DNA of 5,751 nucleotides from a virus (Duplodnaviria; Heunggongvirae; Uroviricota; Caudoviricetes): IMG/VR virus record IMGVR_UViG_2713896788_000030; one strand, 5' to 3'. Shown piece by piece: positions 5,201 to 5,751 of this stretch (position 1 is its first letter; each line of letters starts with the position of its first letter). The notes under the pieces were generated by a model. It saw only the letters and a program-made list of their open reading frames with translations, ran no database searches and was not told where the DNA came from. The position numbers and the translations under genes were made by a program.

Positions 5201-5571
5201 CCCCCTTTCCTGTTTTCCTAATCAGCCCGGCATTTCGCGGGCGATATTTTCACAGCTATTTCAGGAGTTCAGCCATGAACGCTTATTACATTCAGGATCG
5301 TCTTGAGGCTCAGAGCTGGACGCGTCACTACCAGCAGATCGCCCGTGAAGAGAAAGAGGCAGAACTGGCAGACGACATGGGAAAAGGTCTGCCCCAGCAC
5401 CTGTTTGAATCACTCTGCATCGATCATTTGCAACGCCACGGGGCCAGCAAAAAAGCCATTACCCGTGCGTTTGATGACGATGTTGAGTTTCAGGAGCGCA
5501 TGGCAGAACACATCCGGTACATGGTTGAAACCATTGCTCACCACCAGGTTGATATTGATTCAGAGGTATAA
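5155..5571 (+). CDS. gam: Gam, RecBCD inhibitor (138-aa long form; the 98-aa GamS form starts at the internal ATG at 5275)
   Basis: [18 protein letters not shown]…[15 protein letters not shown]…[20 protein letters not shown] matches lambda Gam as recalled. Only the internal start at 5275 has a strong SD (AGGAG at 5263-5267). Confidence 0.93.
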   Translation: MDINTETEIKQKHSLTPFPVFLISPAFRGRYFHSYFRSSAMNAYYIQDRLEAQSWTRHYQQIAREEKEAELADDMGKGLPQHLFESLCIDHLQRHGASKKAITRAFDDDVEFQERMAEHIRYMVETIAHHQVDIDSEV

Positions 5572-5576
5572 AACGG

Positions 5577-5751
5577 ATGAGTACAGCACTCGCAACGCTG
5601 GCAGGGAAGCTGGCTGAACGTGTCGGCATGGATTCTGTCGACCCACAGGAACTGATCACCACTCTTCGCCAGACGGCATTTAAAGGTGATGCCAGCGATG
5701 CGCAGTTCATCGCATTGTTGATCGTCGCCAACCAGTACGGCCTTAATCCGT
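5577..5751 (+). CDS. bet: Bet (Red-beta single-strand annealing recombinase), N-terminal part; continues beyond the window
   Basis: Starts 5 nt after the gam stop. Translation MSTALATLAGKLAERVGMDSVDPQELITTLRQTAFKGDASDAQFIALLIVANQYGLNP matches the lambda Bet N-terminus as recalled. Confidence 0.93.
   Translation, partial: MSTALATLAGKLAERVGMDSVDPQELITTLRQTAFKGDASDAQFIALLIVANQYGLNP

Noticed and set aside
5303-5731. 104-aa plus-strand and 90-aa minus-strand ORFs overlapping gam and bet
   Set aside because: They are alternative-frame or antisense shadows of two genes whose translations match lambda Gam and Bet.

Overview
This window is the early-control and immunity region of a lambdoid prophage or phage, oriented opposite to the conventional lambda map. 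Reading left to right: the replication gene O (minus strand, 3' part beyond the window, interrupted by a 50-nt N run) with six ori iterons, the antisense oop RNA, cII-like, nutR, cro-like, the OR/PR/PRM switch, a cI repressor with a LexA-type autocleavage domain, a two-gene A+T-rich module with its terminator, OL/PL, nutL, N, a convergent sieB-like membrane protein, then ea10, cIII, kil, gam and the start of bet. From memory, the gam/kil/cIII/ea10/bet block and the O N-terminus and ori look essentially lambda-like, whereas N, nut, cI, cro and cII are a different immunity type whose N arginine-rich motif resembles phage 21. The most interesting element is the uncharacterised two-gene module (2000-2839) in the position lambda uses for rexA/rexB: a small soluble protein plus a coiled-coil protein with a C-terminal membrane anchor, a candidate lysogen-expressed exclusion or abortive-infection system. 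All calls rest on reading the sequence and recalled protein sequences; no database search was run.
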